Assembly (NCBI RefSeq): GCF_009914755.1
Contig: NC_060926.1
DNA: 64,000 nucleotides
Strand: one strand, 5' to 3'
Source of the DNA: the human T2T-CHM13v2.0 reference genome, Homo sapiens
Below the pieces are notes generated by a model. It saw nothing but the letters and a program-made list of their open reading frames with translations, searched no databases and was not told the DNA's origin. Shown here piece after piece: positions 1-18,320 of the stretch. Numbering within the stretch: the first letter of the stretch is position 1; each line of letters begins with the position of its first letter. Position numbers and translations under genes: made by a program.

Positions 1-714
1 AGAAAGCTAGAACTTTTTTGTAATTGTTTTTGCTCAAAGTGCCCTGATTAGTACAAATGAAATATGCTGTATTAGCCTTAGTTTATAGCTAAGAATTTCT
101 AATGCTTCATAGCTTCTATATACAAAGAGAAATTGCTGTGACTTATCGATCTTTGTGAATTACTTAACTCTTCATAGTCTGGAACATAAAGTAGCTCCAC
201 AACAAAAAATTGCCCAATGTCAAAAGCAGACTAGAAACTATAGTGAGTCAGGGTGTTCTAGGTGCTTGATGATTGTTTATAATCAACTGAAAGCCTGATT
301 ACATGCTTTCTTCACACTTCAAGAAGCTAAAGAAGCTATGTTGTCAGATGAATTTCCAAACTGAAAGCATTCATTCACCTTTTGATTCTCTAAACTGACC
401 CCAGTGTTTCTTCCAAAGTTACTCGGAAAAAATATTTCTAACCTTCTTTTCTCCTTCAGGTCATTTATGATATAGCCATCTGCTGCATTCCCTGTGTCTG
501 GAGTTACCAAGCCATCCTTATATTATCTCAGTACCTGTGACAAAGTACCTAACCACTTGACTTTGTATTGCCCATTATGATTTTGGATTAACCAGGTGGA
601 GTAGTGGAAAAGGTTAGGATATGCACAATGAAGTATTTAAAAATTAGAGAAACCAGAAGAAGAGCTTAGAATAAAATTCCTTAGTACACCTCATTTCCCC
701 TTTTCAAACCAAAT

Positions 715-1030
715 TAGCAATCCTTTATTCAACACCCTTTGGCCAGATGTGTTTCAGAATAAAGATTTTCTTTTTCAACTTCAGAAAAAGCAATATGGTG
801 CATTCACTACATGTCAGGGAACACTCACAGTGGGTTCTAGGAGGACACTCTGTCATCAAGCACATTAACATAACTGCAACAAAGTAGTTTAATAATCACA
901 TAAAGTAGAATAAAGACTATCAATGGCCACACAACTGCTCTGGTCCAGTTTTACTGCCAAATAAATTATGAAATTTTTTTGGCTTTCAAAGCTATTTGAA
1001 TACCAAATTTTGGATAGTGGATAGACTTAT
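715..1030. mobile_element. MER46C-like TcMar-Tigger DNA transposon relic
   Basis: Ends caatcctttattc... and ...tggatagtggata resemble degenerate terminal inverted repeats; internal ggccagatgtgtttcagaat and aataaagactat match the remembered MER46C consensus. Confidence 0.6.
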
Positions 1031-4000
1031 AATTATTTTTCCTCTTGATATTTTAAAGGCAGTGCTTTCATAGTAGCTGCAAATATTGATATACCATTAC
1101 TGAAACAAAACAAACAAATAAACAAAAAACTTGTTGGCTTGATTCTTTTATAGTTATTTGATTTTTAAAAAATAACTCTTCAAGTGGTTTGAAAATTATG
1201 ATACAGGGACTGGAGCAGCTATTCTGCACTTCTAAAAGATAGGACTGATTGAAGTGATATGACACTTCAGGAGATAAGATTAGGAGAACATTTACTAACC
1301 ACACTGTACCTTTTGGAATTGTTAGACATTAAAGGAAAATGATCCTAGAAGATGAGAAAATAGTCCTCTCAATAGAAAGAGAAAACACATACAGACAATT
1401 GTGTAAATGGAATAATTATATTTGGTTTCTACTCAAGGGCATGAGCGCCCGTATATTTATAATACTGTGAATAACATTCTCAAACTATATATCCTGACTG
1501 TGACAGACCCATCACTGCCATTTCATTAATACCAATGATTTGCTTTTTCCTCATTTCATCCATATCCACCATCCAGAATGTATTCACACGATGCCTTAGG
1601 TATAAAGTGGCAGCTTGTCTACTCTTTTCAGTTACAAGTTTCTATATTTATTGACTTTACATGTGGTTAAATTGTCTTATTTAAGAAAAATATATTGTTG
1701 ACAATAACAGTAATTACACAGTCATTGTTTCAATCTGGCTGTATAAATCATTGTGATTTAACCTACAGTAGTAATAAAAATAAATGATATTGTTTTTGGT
1801 TCATTACTGCTGATCTAATAAAATGTAATGAATTTAGAAATTTCCTGAGTGAAACAGTCTCATAAAAATAACAATTTACTAATGGTGCTGTAACATCCCA
1901 TGTGAATGAATGAAGAAAAAAATAGCCATTTTAATAAAAATCTATCTTTAAGAAAATGTCTTCCTCATTTTTTTCATCTTCTTTCTTCTAGTCCAAATGC
2001 ATGTTTTGATTGCATCCATAGGCATTATTACCAGGAACTATGGTCTCAAAATGATTGCTTGTTTATATGAAAATTTTAATAAAATTTCCAGGAACTCCTG
2101 AGTTTCTGGGTAGCCTGTATGAATTTAAGGAGAAAGGCACATTCCATTTTCTGGGAAGGCCTATGTGCCAAGAACTATTTCTTCTTAATGAGCCAAGAGT
2201 TATTCAGAAAAAGAACTACCCCACCCCTCCATTTGTGGTGTACTCTGGGAGGACCACTCCAACTTTCTCTTACTGGTGGCTCATTTCCAAACTTGCTTTC
2301 TCCCTCTCTTTCAGCTTCTCTCTTCCTTAACCTCTCTCCTCCCCTTTTGCACATGCACTCACAAACAGTAGCAGCAGGAACACAGACACTGCTCCTTTTC
2401 ATACCAAAAATGAAGAAGCTAGTTGAAATGTATGTTTTAATATGGCTTTTACTTTAATTACTTGAATTTCATTCAGTATGATGTTTCTAATCCAACTATT
2501 GCCTTCCTTTATAAAAGACTGATCTTTTTTCTTATTATAAAAATAAGGCATGTTACTTGTGTAAGAAGAAAATAAATATCACTCAAAATTCCACTACTTT
2601 GAAAAAACTACTTTTAATATTTGGCATATTTACACTCTTTCATGCTACACATTCAGATGTGCAAAAAAATACTGCTTTGTTTTTCTTTAGTAACTACTTC
2701 ACTCATGACTCAGAGTCCCTATTCCACCAGACTGATAGACTTGACCTTGGTTCTTCCTCAAATCCCCTACCTATCTACCCTAGGGTTCTGTCGTGGTTCC
2801 TAGATCATACACAGCAATAAGACATCAAGTGTCCCACTGGTCATTGGTAATTGATTTACACAAAAGACTGCTAAAAATTGATCAGGACTGATTATTTCTC
2901 TGATCATTGAAAAAGTCACCAATAATAAAAGTCATATGCAATGACACATATATACCTAAAACCATTTACTTTAACTGGAAAGAAAAGAAAACTGCCCAAA
3001 CATTTGACAACATTTTGTCATGAGGCCAAGGCTTTACCTATGACTATGCTCATCCTTGTAGGAAGTTTCATATTACCTTTCCTGTGTAGCCTACACCTCC
3101 AGCATTGCTTTCTTAAAAGTGATGTGTAAAAATGTGAGTAATCTGAATAAGAATTTTTAATTTTCACATTACCCTACATATTTTAGTATTGCATCTCCTG
3201 TGCATAATTCTATAGCAATTTGTTTTTAGACTCACCTTTGTTTAATCTTTCCAAGCCACAGCTTTGTTTTTGCAGAATAACACTTTCTTTTCACACTCTA
3301 ATTCTATCAGTGTATGTAAAATTTAATTAAGTTATTTAATTATGACAATATATTCAAGTGGCATAAAGGGATTTTTGCACATTTAATGTAACTCACTCTT
3401 GCTAAGCAAACAGTTTACCTGGTGAGAGTAAAGCAGTCTTTGCCTGATGGAATTTGGTGACTAATATTATGAAGAAAATAGTAATATTGGGTTAACCTGG
3501 CTAGTCAGTTAAATAAAGATCAGCTAACAAAATTCTATTGTATACTCCTCCTTAATTGAGTTATTGTTTTTACAGAATTCTGTCTTCTTCACCTAATATT
3601 ATATTATCCATCTCATAGGTTGAAATAGCCTTACAACCCTGATTTCTAATACATTTATGGGATTTCTTTAAACAGTTACCTCAAACACAATTTAATCATT
3701 TTACTACTGATGAAAATTTCAAAATTTCAGGAATAACACGTTTCATATTGTTGTTAAGATAATTTTTAGAAGTGTAATTGCTGAAACAAATAGAATACAT
3801 ATTTTTAAGTATTCTTAGTACATATTTCCATATTACTCTTGAGCAAAAACTATTTAAACACCCATTTTTAGGGGTAGAGTACATTCATGGAACCCCTGGC
3901 CAGGCATTATTATTTCGTATACCTTTTATAATTTATAAGAAAAACCCTTCTCTTTATCTCCTAATTCTCATTTTTTATTATTTGTGAAGTAACATTGAAA

Positions 4001-4479
4001 ACTGTATTGAATAGTGTCTATTCGACAACTTGTACATTTTTCTGCTGGAGTTTTTATTAATTTTCTTATGGATCTCTATATGCTTTGTTTATGTATGGAA
4101 GGTTAAAATCTTTGTCTGCTATTTTGCAAGGAACATTTTTTTCAGAAATTTTTATTTTTATTTTTATCTAATGCTGTTTTTAATGTTCAGAAATATTTCA
4201 TATGGTTAAATTTGTCAACTTTCTCCTTGATGTTTTTTCAACTTACAGATTCCAGAATTTTTATCAAATAGACATCCATATATTCTACTCTAATTATTAA
4301 ATGGTTATAGTGTTACATTACTTATTAAAATAGTAAATTAAGTATATTAAATGTTATTTCATTTTAGTTATTTAATTCACTTGAATTTTATTTTGCTTTA
4401 TTTTAATTCAGTGTCACTTAGCTACTTGTAAGCATAATTGTTTTTGAACCAATGAATTGTGATTTCATGATTAACTATG

Positions 4480-4600
4480 ATAGTGGTGATGGTTGCACAA
4501 CGTTGTGGATGTAACTAATGCCACTGTATTGTACACTTAAAATAGTTAAAATGAAAAAGTCTCTGCTATGCATATAGTCACAATAAAAATTTTAAAAACA
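4480..4600 (+). mobile_element. Old L1 (L1MB/MC-type) 3' end fragment
   Basis: ggtgatggttgcacaac...aatgccactgtattgtacacttaaaatagttaaaatg followed by aataaaa. Confidence 0.7.
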
Positions 4601-4719
4601 GCAAAACAAAATGAAAATATCTAAATTGAATACAACTAAGCAGTTCTTATTTTTTAAAAATTCACTCAATGAGTCATAAGTTCTTATTTTTACTTTTGCT
4701 GATTTTTTAAATTTTTTTG

Positions 4720-6235
4720 GATTTTCCAGAATTATGTTAACTTCATTGAAAGACATTTTACATGCAGTTAAATTCACTATTTGTGTGCGTGTGTGAAAAA
4801 GTCTATAAAGTTTGACAAATGCATACCATGGTATGACCACTACAACATTCAAGATGGATTCCTTATCCAATAAAACACTTCCATCACTCCCCTAAAAAGT
4901 TCCCTCAGGCCCCTTTGTGTCTTTTTAAAAAAATTGCTCATTTTTTCTAGGTGGTAAAATTTATTGGCATAGTTTTAAAATAATAATCCTTTACTATCCA
5001 CTTCGTGTCTGAAATGAATGTAGATATTTTCCCTTTTCTCCATTTTTGATAGTGCTATTTTATGTATCTTTTCTTTCTTTTATTGTCATGCTGGCTATTG
5101 TTTATGAATTTTATTGATTGTTTTCCTAAATGATCAGCTTGGCTTTCATTGTCTTGTTTTTCTTTCATAACTTCTCTTATACCGATTACTATTCTTTCTT
5201 TTCCTTGTTTTTATTTTCATTTGCTCCATCTTTGTCTAGTTTATTCAGATGGAAGCTTAGATCATTGATTTGAGGCCTTTCCTTTTTTCCAACATAGGCA
5301 CTTACCTCTATACATTTTTCTTTATGTGCTGTTTTGTACATCTCACACATCTTGATATGTGGTATTTTCATTATTGCTCAGTTCAAAATTTTCTAATCTT
5401 ACTTAGGATTTCTTATTGTATACAAAAATTAGTTGAAAGTATATCGTAAATTGCTTAATTTTAAAATATTTGTGGCTCTAGGCTATCTTATTTTTCAATT
5501 TAATACCCACTTGTTCAGAGAGAGAAATCTGCATCATTTCAATCTTTCTGAATAGAAACTTGTTTCATGTCCCAGAAAATGGTATATCTTGATAAACTTA
5601 CTATGTGCACTTAAATGTGTTTTTTCTTGTTAAATTTAATGTTCTAAAAAATATCAATAGTCTAGTTGGTTGTGGTTGTTATTCAACTATTTTATGTCTT
5701 TACAGATTTTATTCTGTTAACCTCAACTGCTGAGAGATTTATGAGAAAAATCTCTAACTATAATTAAGGAATTGTCTATTTATTCCTTTAATTTATTAGT
5801 GTTTTTCATGCATCTTGAGACTATTATTGGGTGCCCACACATTTATAAATTGACACTTTTCACTAAGATGTATACTTCTTTATCTCTGGTTATATATTGT
5901 TTTATAATTTGTTTTATCTGATATTAATACAGCACTATAATGATCTTTTGTTTATTAAATTCATGATGTGTTTTTCTATGTATTTTCAACTGGAAAACTG
6001 GAAACAATATGCGTTATGGTTATTACATGATGAACATATGTGTAGAAATTTTTGTGTGATCAAGTTTTTTTACTTTTTGGAAATAAATGCCAAAATTACA
6101 ATTGCTGTGTCATGTAGTAGCTGTATGTCTGATTTTATAAGAAATTGCAAATCCATTTTCTAAAGAGGCTATACCATTTTATATTCCCATCAACAGTGTA
6201 TGAATGATCCAGCTTCTCTGCCTGCCACCTGATGC
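4720..6235 (-). mobile_element. Degraded L1M fragments (3' UTR and ORF2)
   Basis: T-rich antisense L1. ORF 5189..5371 (AYVGKKERPQINDLSFHLNKLDK) resembles the L1 ORF2 linker; ataccattttatattcccatcaacagtgtatg is a typical ORF2 C-terminal segment. Confidence 0.75.
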
Positions 6236-6580
6236 TGAATAATAAATATAGCTTCCACATAAATATTAGGACTTTTTTTAATAGTTGCAGGATCTACTTC
6301 TTTGTCTAACAAAATTTAGGCCTCTAACATTCTACTAGGCTCCTAGGAGTAAGGTGGGGATGTGGAATAACGACCTAGGAGTAAGGTGGGGACATAACAT
6401 GATTCCTCCAAGAAGACATCATATAATTTTAACCCCAGAAATTATTGTACTATGTCATGTTCCTAATGCTATGTTTTAACCTGCTTCTATTATTATTGTA
6501 TCAGTTATCTCCTCACTTTCCAGTGGTATTTTAAAAGGCACTGAAACGCTGTTACTGGGCCAAATTTTAAAAATTATCAG

Positions 6581-8240
<1,660 letters not shown>

Positions 8241-8369
8241 TTCCATCATAGGTGGTCTGATTTCATCTCTTCAGATTTCAAAGTCTTATGTTTCTTTTAT
8301 TAGGGATTTTAATTGTACTTACTGGGGTAAATAGGAAAAACTATCTTAGATTTTTCCATTCGTGCTTTT

Positions 8370-11045
<2,676 letters not shown>

Positions 11046-11049
11046 ATTT

Positions 11050-13185
11050 AACTCATGAAATTACAAAAAGCAATTATTAAAATCTTCTGGAAATTGCCCT
11101 AAAGGCACACAGCAAATAGAGAAATATACATCCAAGAAAATCTACTAAACCTCAATGGGAACATCAAGAGGCTGTGGCATGTAAAGCATGGTTTTCTCAT
11201 TATCTATTCCTAGCCCTGTGTTACAGAAGTTCTACCCCAGGAACATGAAGCCAAGAAGATGGTTCTTCCTTCCCCACCAACTCCCAGGCTAAGGTGATGA
11301 TTCACCCCACTCCTCCTACTAAGCCCTGTGCTGCAGGAGCTTCACTCCAGGCAGGCGTAGGTGAGAGGAACAGGCCTCTTCTCCACCATTCAGCTTCTAC
11401 TTGAATAACAGAAGTTCTGCCTGAAGTACATCAGGCTGAAAACACTGGGGCCCTGGTCACCTCCGCAAAGCTCACTCAAAGGGTAGAAGTTTCACGTCAG
11501 CAGAAGCAGGCAGAGAAGATTAGAGAAGCCCACCCACCCCTCAGTGCCGCTCATGTTACCTCAAGGAAAACAGGTAACAGGCCCTGGCTCTGGTGTTGTT
11601 CTGCAGGGGAGGAGAGAGACAGGAGCCTCTAAGGACAAAAATCTCCACAGCTCTGTCTGAGGGAACTAATTTTATTTACAAAAGAGTACAGAACTCCATG
11701 TATAAGAATGTTGTAAAAAAAATAAAAAAGGTCATCTTGGTGAAGAATTAAGAGGAGCCTGGTAGCTATGATACAAGCAAAGCAGCAGAGCAGCGAGAAG
11801 TGTAATAGATGCCAGCAAGAAGAAACCTCCTGTGATCATAGACAACTGTGGAGGGTTAGAAGGCCTCTGTGCGTATGCTAGACTGCACCCATTCAGAAGC
11901 AATCAAAGCAGGACATTGGGCAGATGAGATAAAGTTCCTCAAGCCATACACAGAATCATCAACATAAGGCTGAAGCCACACAGCTTAAGAGGCTTTAATA
12001 CAGCCTCTTACCGAACACTGAGCAATAAGCTACCATGACCCAGCGGTAACTCACAGAAAGCTAGATTTAGAAATAAAACTACACTCATCCCTAGCAGGTG
12101 CATATGCAAAACTATATACACCCTTGCCGTAGAAATCAGAGGGGTAGGCTCTAAGCTTCTAGTTTCTGGTTTAACATGAAGAGGAAAATAGACTCTCTGA
12201 ACAATTATAGCAACTTTTTTTTTTTTTTTTTTTTGAGACGGAGTCTCCCTCTGTCGCCCAGGCTGGAGCGCGATCTCGGCTCACTGCAAGCTCCGCCTCC
12301 CGGGTTCACGCCATTCTCCTGCCTCAGCCTCCTGAGTAGCTGGGACCACAGGCACCCACCACCAAGCCTGGCTAATTTTTTTTTTTTTTTTTTTTTTTTT
12401 GTATTTTTAGTAGAGACAGGGTTTCACTCTGTTATCCAGAATGGTCTCGATCTGCTGACCTCGTGATCCGCTTGCCTCGGCCTCCCGAAGTGCTGGGATT
12501 ACAGGCGTGAGCCACGGCGCCCGGCCAATTATAGCAACTTTTAAGCCACACATCCAATGATAAAAGATAAAAATCTAATTGCCCAAATGTACATAAACCT
12601 CTCCTTTGACCAACAAGTGGCTTATGCTGGCTCATGAAAAAACCTTATCAGATAACTTTCTGGGCTGAGCTCAAACTGCAAACTCTTTTTCCTGTGCAGC
12701 AGATGCAGCCTCTGTTCTGATCTGGGTTTAGGTGGGCAGCCCAGATGCTGTTTCTCACATGCATAGCTCAAGTCTCAGAAGAAGACGTGGGTAGACAGAG
12801 TTTGGGTTTCTTCTCTCTGGCTCTTTCCCTTATGGGATTATTCAACTCTCTTCAGCATTCAAAATGTCTTAGTTTCTTCTTTCTCCTTCCCCAGGCCGGG
12901 AAGATTGAAAGCTTTTCCATGTGTGACCTTGTCTTTTCTGCCTGTACATCTTGCCTGGTACCTAGCCACCGACTCAAGGTCACAGGGGTGGGAACTTATA
13001 TAGCTGCCTGTTCTCCTCCTCCAAGCAAGTATGAACTCCCTCCCTAAAACAGCCTGCTTCTGTTGCCTTTCAAATATGTTCAGGTAGCCAGCTTTTGTAG
13101 CGTGTCTTGATTTTATTGTCATTTTCTGCAGGCAGTATTCTCTAGTAGAGTCCTATTATGTCATAGACAGACACGGAAAACTCTT
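11050..13185. mobile_element. Probable old L1M 5'-region fragments (plus then minus orientation) inserted in L1 ORF2
   Basis: GC-richer L1M 5'-UTR-like sequence (caagaaaatctactaaacctc...). The flanking antisense ORF2 appears to resume at ~13187 (gggaagatttg...ttcaatttct). Confidence 0.45.
12215..12526 (-). mobile_element. AluY with expanded central linker
   Basis: ctgcaagctccgcctcccgggttcacgccattctcc (AluY); 25 T in the linker at 12376-12400; TSD aattatagcaactttt on both sides. Confidence 0.93.
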
Positions 13186-13186
13186 A

Positions 13187-15265
13187 TGGGAAGATTTGTA
13201 AACAAAATTCAATTTCTTTTATAAGGATAGTGCTTTCATAGATGCGATGTTTAATAGTAATATAGCATTAAAAATTAACGTTAGCATGTTGTACCTTTTC
13301 TCGTTGTTTTACTTTCAACTTTTCTGTGATCTTGTATTTAAAGTTTTTGGGGTTTTTGTAGCCAGTAAGTAGTTTGGGCTTTTTTTTTTAATCCAACATG
13401 GTAATGGTTGCTCTTGTAGTTGTTTGAACCATTTTCTTTAATGAGATTACCAATAGGGTTCAATTTAAATCTTGCTATTTAAATTTTTTCAATAACTGTT
13501 TTCTCTTACCTCTTTTCTTGTCTTGATTTGTGTGAATTAGTTTTATGATTTCATTTCATCTTCTTTATTGGCTTATTAGCTATGTGTCTTTAAAAAAAAT
13601 GCTTTCAGTATGGCTTAAAAACCTTAGAGATCAACACTTCCATTTCTTTACTCCCAGCCTTTGCTTTGAACAGTGAGTTTTCTCTAAAATGTTTTTTGAA
13701 AAAATGTTTTAGTTTTATATTTTTCTACCACTTAATATTTGTCTCACACATTTGTCACTGCTGGCTTGCTTTCTACATTTGTGTAGATATCTGCCATAAT
13801 TTTCCTTAATGACTTCCTTTAAAGTTTCTTATAGTGCTGGCCTGTTTGTCATTTTTACCTTTTACCATTGGAAGTGTGGCTTGAAAGTTGCTATTATTGT
13901 TTAGGGAGTCCACTTTTTTTTATCCGCATAGTCATCAAGAAACTAGAAGCTTGGAAGCTGCTGGTGGTGAATTTTCTCAGCTCCTGCGTGCCTGAAATTT
14001 TGCATTGATTTTATAAAATTAATTTTTGTGAATGTAGTATGCTAGTTTTTCTTCTCCTCTATCCCCTCTTCTTCTTCTTTTTTTTCTCCTCTTCCCCTTT
14101 CAGTCTTCCTTTTTTACCTCCTGCTCTTTCTCTTTTTTCTCTACTGCTACAATTTTCTGCTCCTCCTGCTGCTTCTCCTCCCCTTCCTCGTCCTCCTCTT
14201 GTTCTTCTTCTATTTATTCCTCCACTACCCGTTATTATTTCTGCAATTTAAGGGTATTCCTTTATTGTCTTATGACTTATCTTCTTTCTCATAAAAACTT
14301 CTACCATTTTTATATCTATTCTTCTATAGATAGCATCCTTTTTTCTGGATGCTTTTAAGGGTTTTCAGCAATTTGTTTATGGTGTGATTTAGTATAGTTT
14401 TATTTACGTTTCTTTTGCTTAGGATTGATTGCACTCATTGAATTTGTGGGTTTGTAGCTTTCCACAAATTTGGAAGACTTTCGGTCACCATTTCTTTAAC
14501 TATTTCCCCCTGCTTTCCTTATCTTCATCTGGGGCTCAATTATATATATGCTCAATGTCTCGATATTACCCAGCAGCTCACTAATGCTCTGTTGATTTTC
14601 AGTCTTTATTCTTTTTATGTTTTATTTTGAATGGTTTCTAATGCCATATTTTTGTTAAATTTTCCTTCTATCATATCCAATCTGCCACTAATCTCATCTA
14701 TTATATATATTTCTAGTAATGTATTTTTCATCTCTAGAAGTTAAAGTTGGGTCTTTGGTGTATCTTCTACTTGTCTCCTTATCATGCATACATTTTGCTA
14801 AACCTTCTTGGTTTAATATTATTGTCTATTACTTCTATCATCTTCACCATTTCTGGGTCTGTCTCTATTGATTCTTTTTTGTCTTGTTACAAGTTCTATT
14901 TTCCTCAGCAGTTCTTCACAGCTCCCCAGCCCTACCCCCTTTCTTTCTGTCTCTCTCAGTCTCATTCTTTCAAGTCTCTCACCATATGATATTTTGCTGC
15001 ATATTTCAGCCAACTTTTCCTCCCTGCCTCCCAGCATTTTGAACTATGTCCCTTAAACTAAGCAAAACTGCAAGATCTGTTCAGTTTCCCCATTATGTGC
15101 TGCAGTACGGAAAACTGCATATTCTACACAGTGAATTGGGCCTCACCAGATTTGTTTCCTTTTACTTTTCAGGGATGACTGTCTTGTTCTGCTGGTTGTC
15201 CAGTGTCTAAAAATTGTTGTTTTATGGATTTTGTCTAGTTTTATATTTGGTAAAGATGAGACAGT
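13187..15265 (-). mobile_element. Degraded L1M (ORF2 start, ORF1, 5' region)
   Basis: Antisense L1-like motifs such as caaatttggaagactttcggtcaccatttctttaa and tttttcatctctagaag; low-complexity CT-rich tract at 14045-14235. Confidence 0.6.
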
Positions 15266-15266
15266 C

Positions 15267-16090
15267 TGAGAAAAACAAACAAACTTTTTTCCTGCTCTCT
15301 CACATAGTCACTCAACACAACACTTCTGATACCGGTCATGGAACAGGAGGTTTTCCCACACACTGAGCAATTCTCCAGCAGACACCATCTGTTGGCCTAC
15401 AATTCAATTTAATTCTGACACTATGTCTAGGGAGATAGTGTCAGATCCTATAGGTTAAGGGTTCAGTCCCACAAAACACCCCCAACTTCAAATGCCAATC
15501 ACCTGTACTTCTGACCAACTGATTATAAATTAAGGATTCCCATGATACCTTCGTTGTGTTTAATCCGTTTGCTAGATTGGCTCATGGAACATAGGAAAAC
15601 ACTTTACATGCTTTACTTACTTATTACAAAGGATATTTTCAAAAATACAAATGACCAGCTAGATGAAGAGAAACACAGAGCAAGATTTAGAGTGCTCCAG
15701 GGTGAGATTTCGAAGTGTCCCAAACTCAAGAGCTTCTACCCAAATGGAGTTATGACATGCTACACTCCTGGCACATGGATGTGGCTTTTTTGTTTTGTTT
15801 TGTTTTTTTTCATCACTAAAAGTTCCCTGAATCATGTCTTTTAGATTTGTTATGGAGGCTTCATTACCTAGGCATAATTGATTAAATCATTGGCCATTGG
15901 TGAGCCACTAAACCTTCAGCCCTACTGAAACAGGAAGGCTGATTGGTTTCCTCTTTTAAAATGGACTGTAAGAAAAGGATAAAAGCCCCTCACTCAAGCT
16001 CTAGCTTATCTAGTTCTGAGCCAATCAATAACATAATACCCAAGAAGCTTCTGTTTCAGTGGGCTGGGGACTTCCCTGGAGCCCCACATG
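15267..16090. mobile_element. MER21-family ERV LTR
   Basis: caattcaatttaattctgacactat...gtgtcagatcctataggttaagggttcagtcccacaa and tatggaggcttcattacctaggcataattgattaaatcattggccattggtga are characteristic of MER21. Confidence 0.7.
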
Positions 16091-16093
16091 CAC

Positions 16094-16158
16094 AGTCTCG
16101 CTCTGTCATCCAGGCTGGAGGGCAGTGGTGCAATCTCGGCTCACTGCAAGCTCCGCCT
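16094..16158 (-). mobile_element. 65-bp internal AluY-like fragment, no tail
   Basis: agtctcgctctgtcatccaggctggagggcagtggtgcaatctcggctcactgcaagctccgcct. Confidence 0.85.
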
Positions 16159-16679
16159 GATAGTAATTCCTTATTTGACCGACTTACTTGGTACTAATAA
16201 TGTTTTAAAATATCCAAGAGGTTGAACTGGGCTAATTTATAATTGTTCATTTCCACTTTCTAAATTTAAGAATTTATTAAAGTATATTTTGTGACATACT
16301 CTCATCTAAAAGATTAAATTAAATACATAAGTTCTGTTTGTGCATTCGTGTGTGTTTGTGTATAGGTGTGTACACATCTCCAATTTAGATTATTCAAATT
16401 CTCCTCACTCTTCACATCTTATTTAATGTTTCATGGAAAGTCTACCTCTGAGATATATCTTCTCTCCACCTGTACTACAACTTTTCCACTTGAACCCCAA
16501 GCCAAGGCACCATCAAATCTTGCATAAGTGGCTGCAAAGGCTTTCCACATGCTCTTCTCTACCTTCATTTTATTTTTTCCCCAACAAACTATTTTCCATA
16601 TATAACCCAAAATAATCTTTATAAAGTAAAGGCAAATCCTATTATTTACTTCTTGAGATATTCTTCATTCATTCATTTC

Positions 16680-17180
16680 TTGTGCCAGTGCTGCTATGAC
16701 AGCTCTAATCAGCCATATGCATGTACAATCTTCCAATGCCTAAGCTAAGGCTTACACCATCAGCCTTTCACCTCCTGCTGCTGATTCTGTGATGTGAGAT
16801 GCCTCTGGAATCCACTCACTGTTCACATATGCACAACTCGGAAGTGTAAGGATATCACTATCCTGCAGGGAAGATACTTGGTAAGTGGGAACTGGGAAAT
16901 GATGGAGAAATGGTGATAAAATGTTTCCCTTAGCATTTCCCAGACAGACTGCTCAAAGACACATTCCATATAGTTCTCAGATAGTCTCCTGGTATCTAGC
17001 AAGCAGTCACCCTTAGTGTTGGCCAAATTAATAATGCATTATATTCTTGTATTAGTTCTTCCTTATTCTTTGAATTGCTCCCATGTTTCTCCTAGCTGCT
17101 TCCTGAATCAAATTCTCCCCTGAATCACCCACATTTAAGTTTTGTCTCAGATTCTGCTTTCTGTGGAAACCTCTAATGTC
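16680..17180 (+). mobile_element. Old ERVL-type solo LTR (LTR16-like) within L2 remnants
   Basis: 3' end ttgtctcagattctgctttctgtggaaacctctaa resembles the LTR16/ERVL terminus. Confidence 0.45.
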
Positions 17181-17228
17181 TTCCAGCACATGAGAAATAC
17201 TATCCAAGCTACTTTCCCTGACTTATAA

Positions 17229-17561
<333 letters not shown>

Positions 17562-17828
17562 TATTTCCAGTTATCTTAACACAATGCCTTTGTCCACTAG
17601 GATTCAGCCATATTAAAGTTCTTTCCATTCCTTGAAATTACTAAGTTTCTGCCACTGAGATATTGGCGCTAAAATATTCCCTTATAATGCTCCCCCTTCT
17701 CTCAGAAAGACGGACTCCTTGCTGTTTGTCTCTCAGGTTTACGTAATTCTTTCAGAGAGAACTCCCGTCACTACCTGCTTCTAAAGTATTCATTCTTTTA
17801 CTTTCTATTATCTAATTTATTCCACTTT

Positions 17829-18130
17829 GGCTGGGTGCAGTGGCTCATGCTTCTAGCCCCAGCATTTGGGAGGCCGAGGTGGAAGGGTTACTTGAGCCCA
17901 GGAGTTTGAGACTAGCTTGGGCAACATGATGAAAGCTCATGTCTACAAAACATACAAAAAAATATAGTGGGGTGTGGTGGTATGCCCCTGTGGTGCCAGC
18001 TACTTGTGAGGCGAGGTGGGAGGATTGCCTAAGCTCAGGAGGTCAAGGTTGCAGTGAGCTGAGATCGTGCCACTGCACTCCAGCTTGGGCAACAGAGCAA
18101 GACACCATTTCAAATAATAATTATTATTAT
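17829..18130 (+). mobile_element. AluJ
   Basis: cttgagcccaggagtttgagactagcttgggcaacat and ggaggattgcctaagctcagg (J-type); (aat)n/(tat)n tail; degenerate TSD taattta(t/c)tccactt. Confidence 0.9.
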
Positions 18131-18189
18131 AATTTACTCCACTTCTAGCACTTACCATTATCAGCCATTTTATTTTATCTGAATTCCTC

Positions 18190-18320
18190 ACTGTTATGTA
18201 AGCTCCTTAAGATTAGAGACCTACATTCTGCTGTTAATTGTTGTAACTTATTCACAGCTTACACATTATATGGCACAGAGGAAACCTCAATAAACATTTG
18301 GTCAATGAGTGAATGAAATA
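18190..18320 (+). mobile_element. L2 3' end
   Basis: atgtaagctcctt...ctcaataaacatttggtcaatgagtgaatgaa. Confidence 0.7.

Noticed and set aside
14039-14251. Pro/Leu/Ser-rich ORF
   Set aside because: Low-complexity CT-rich tract inside an L1 remnant
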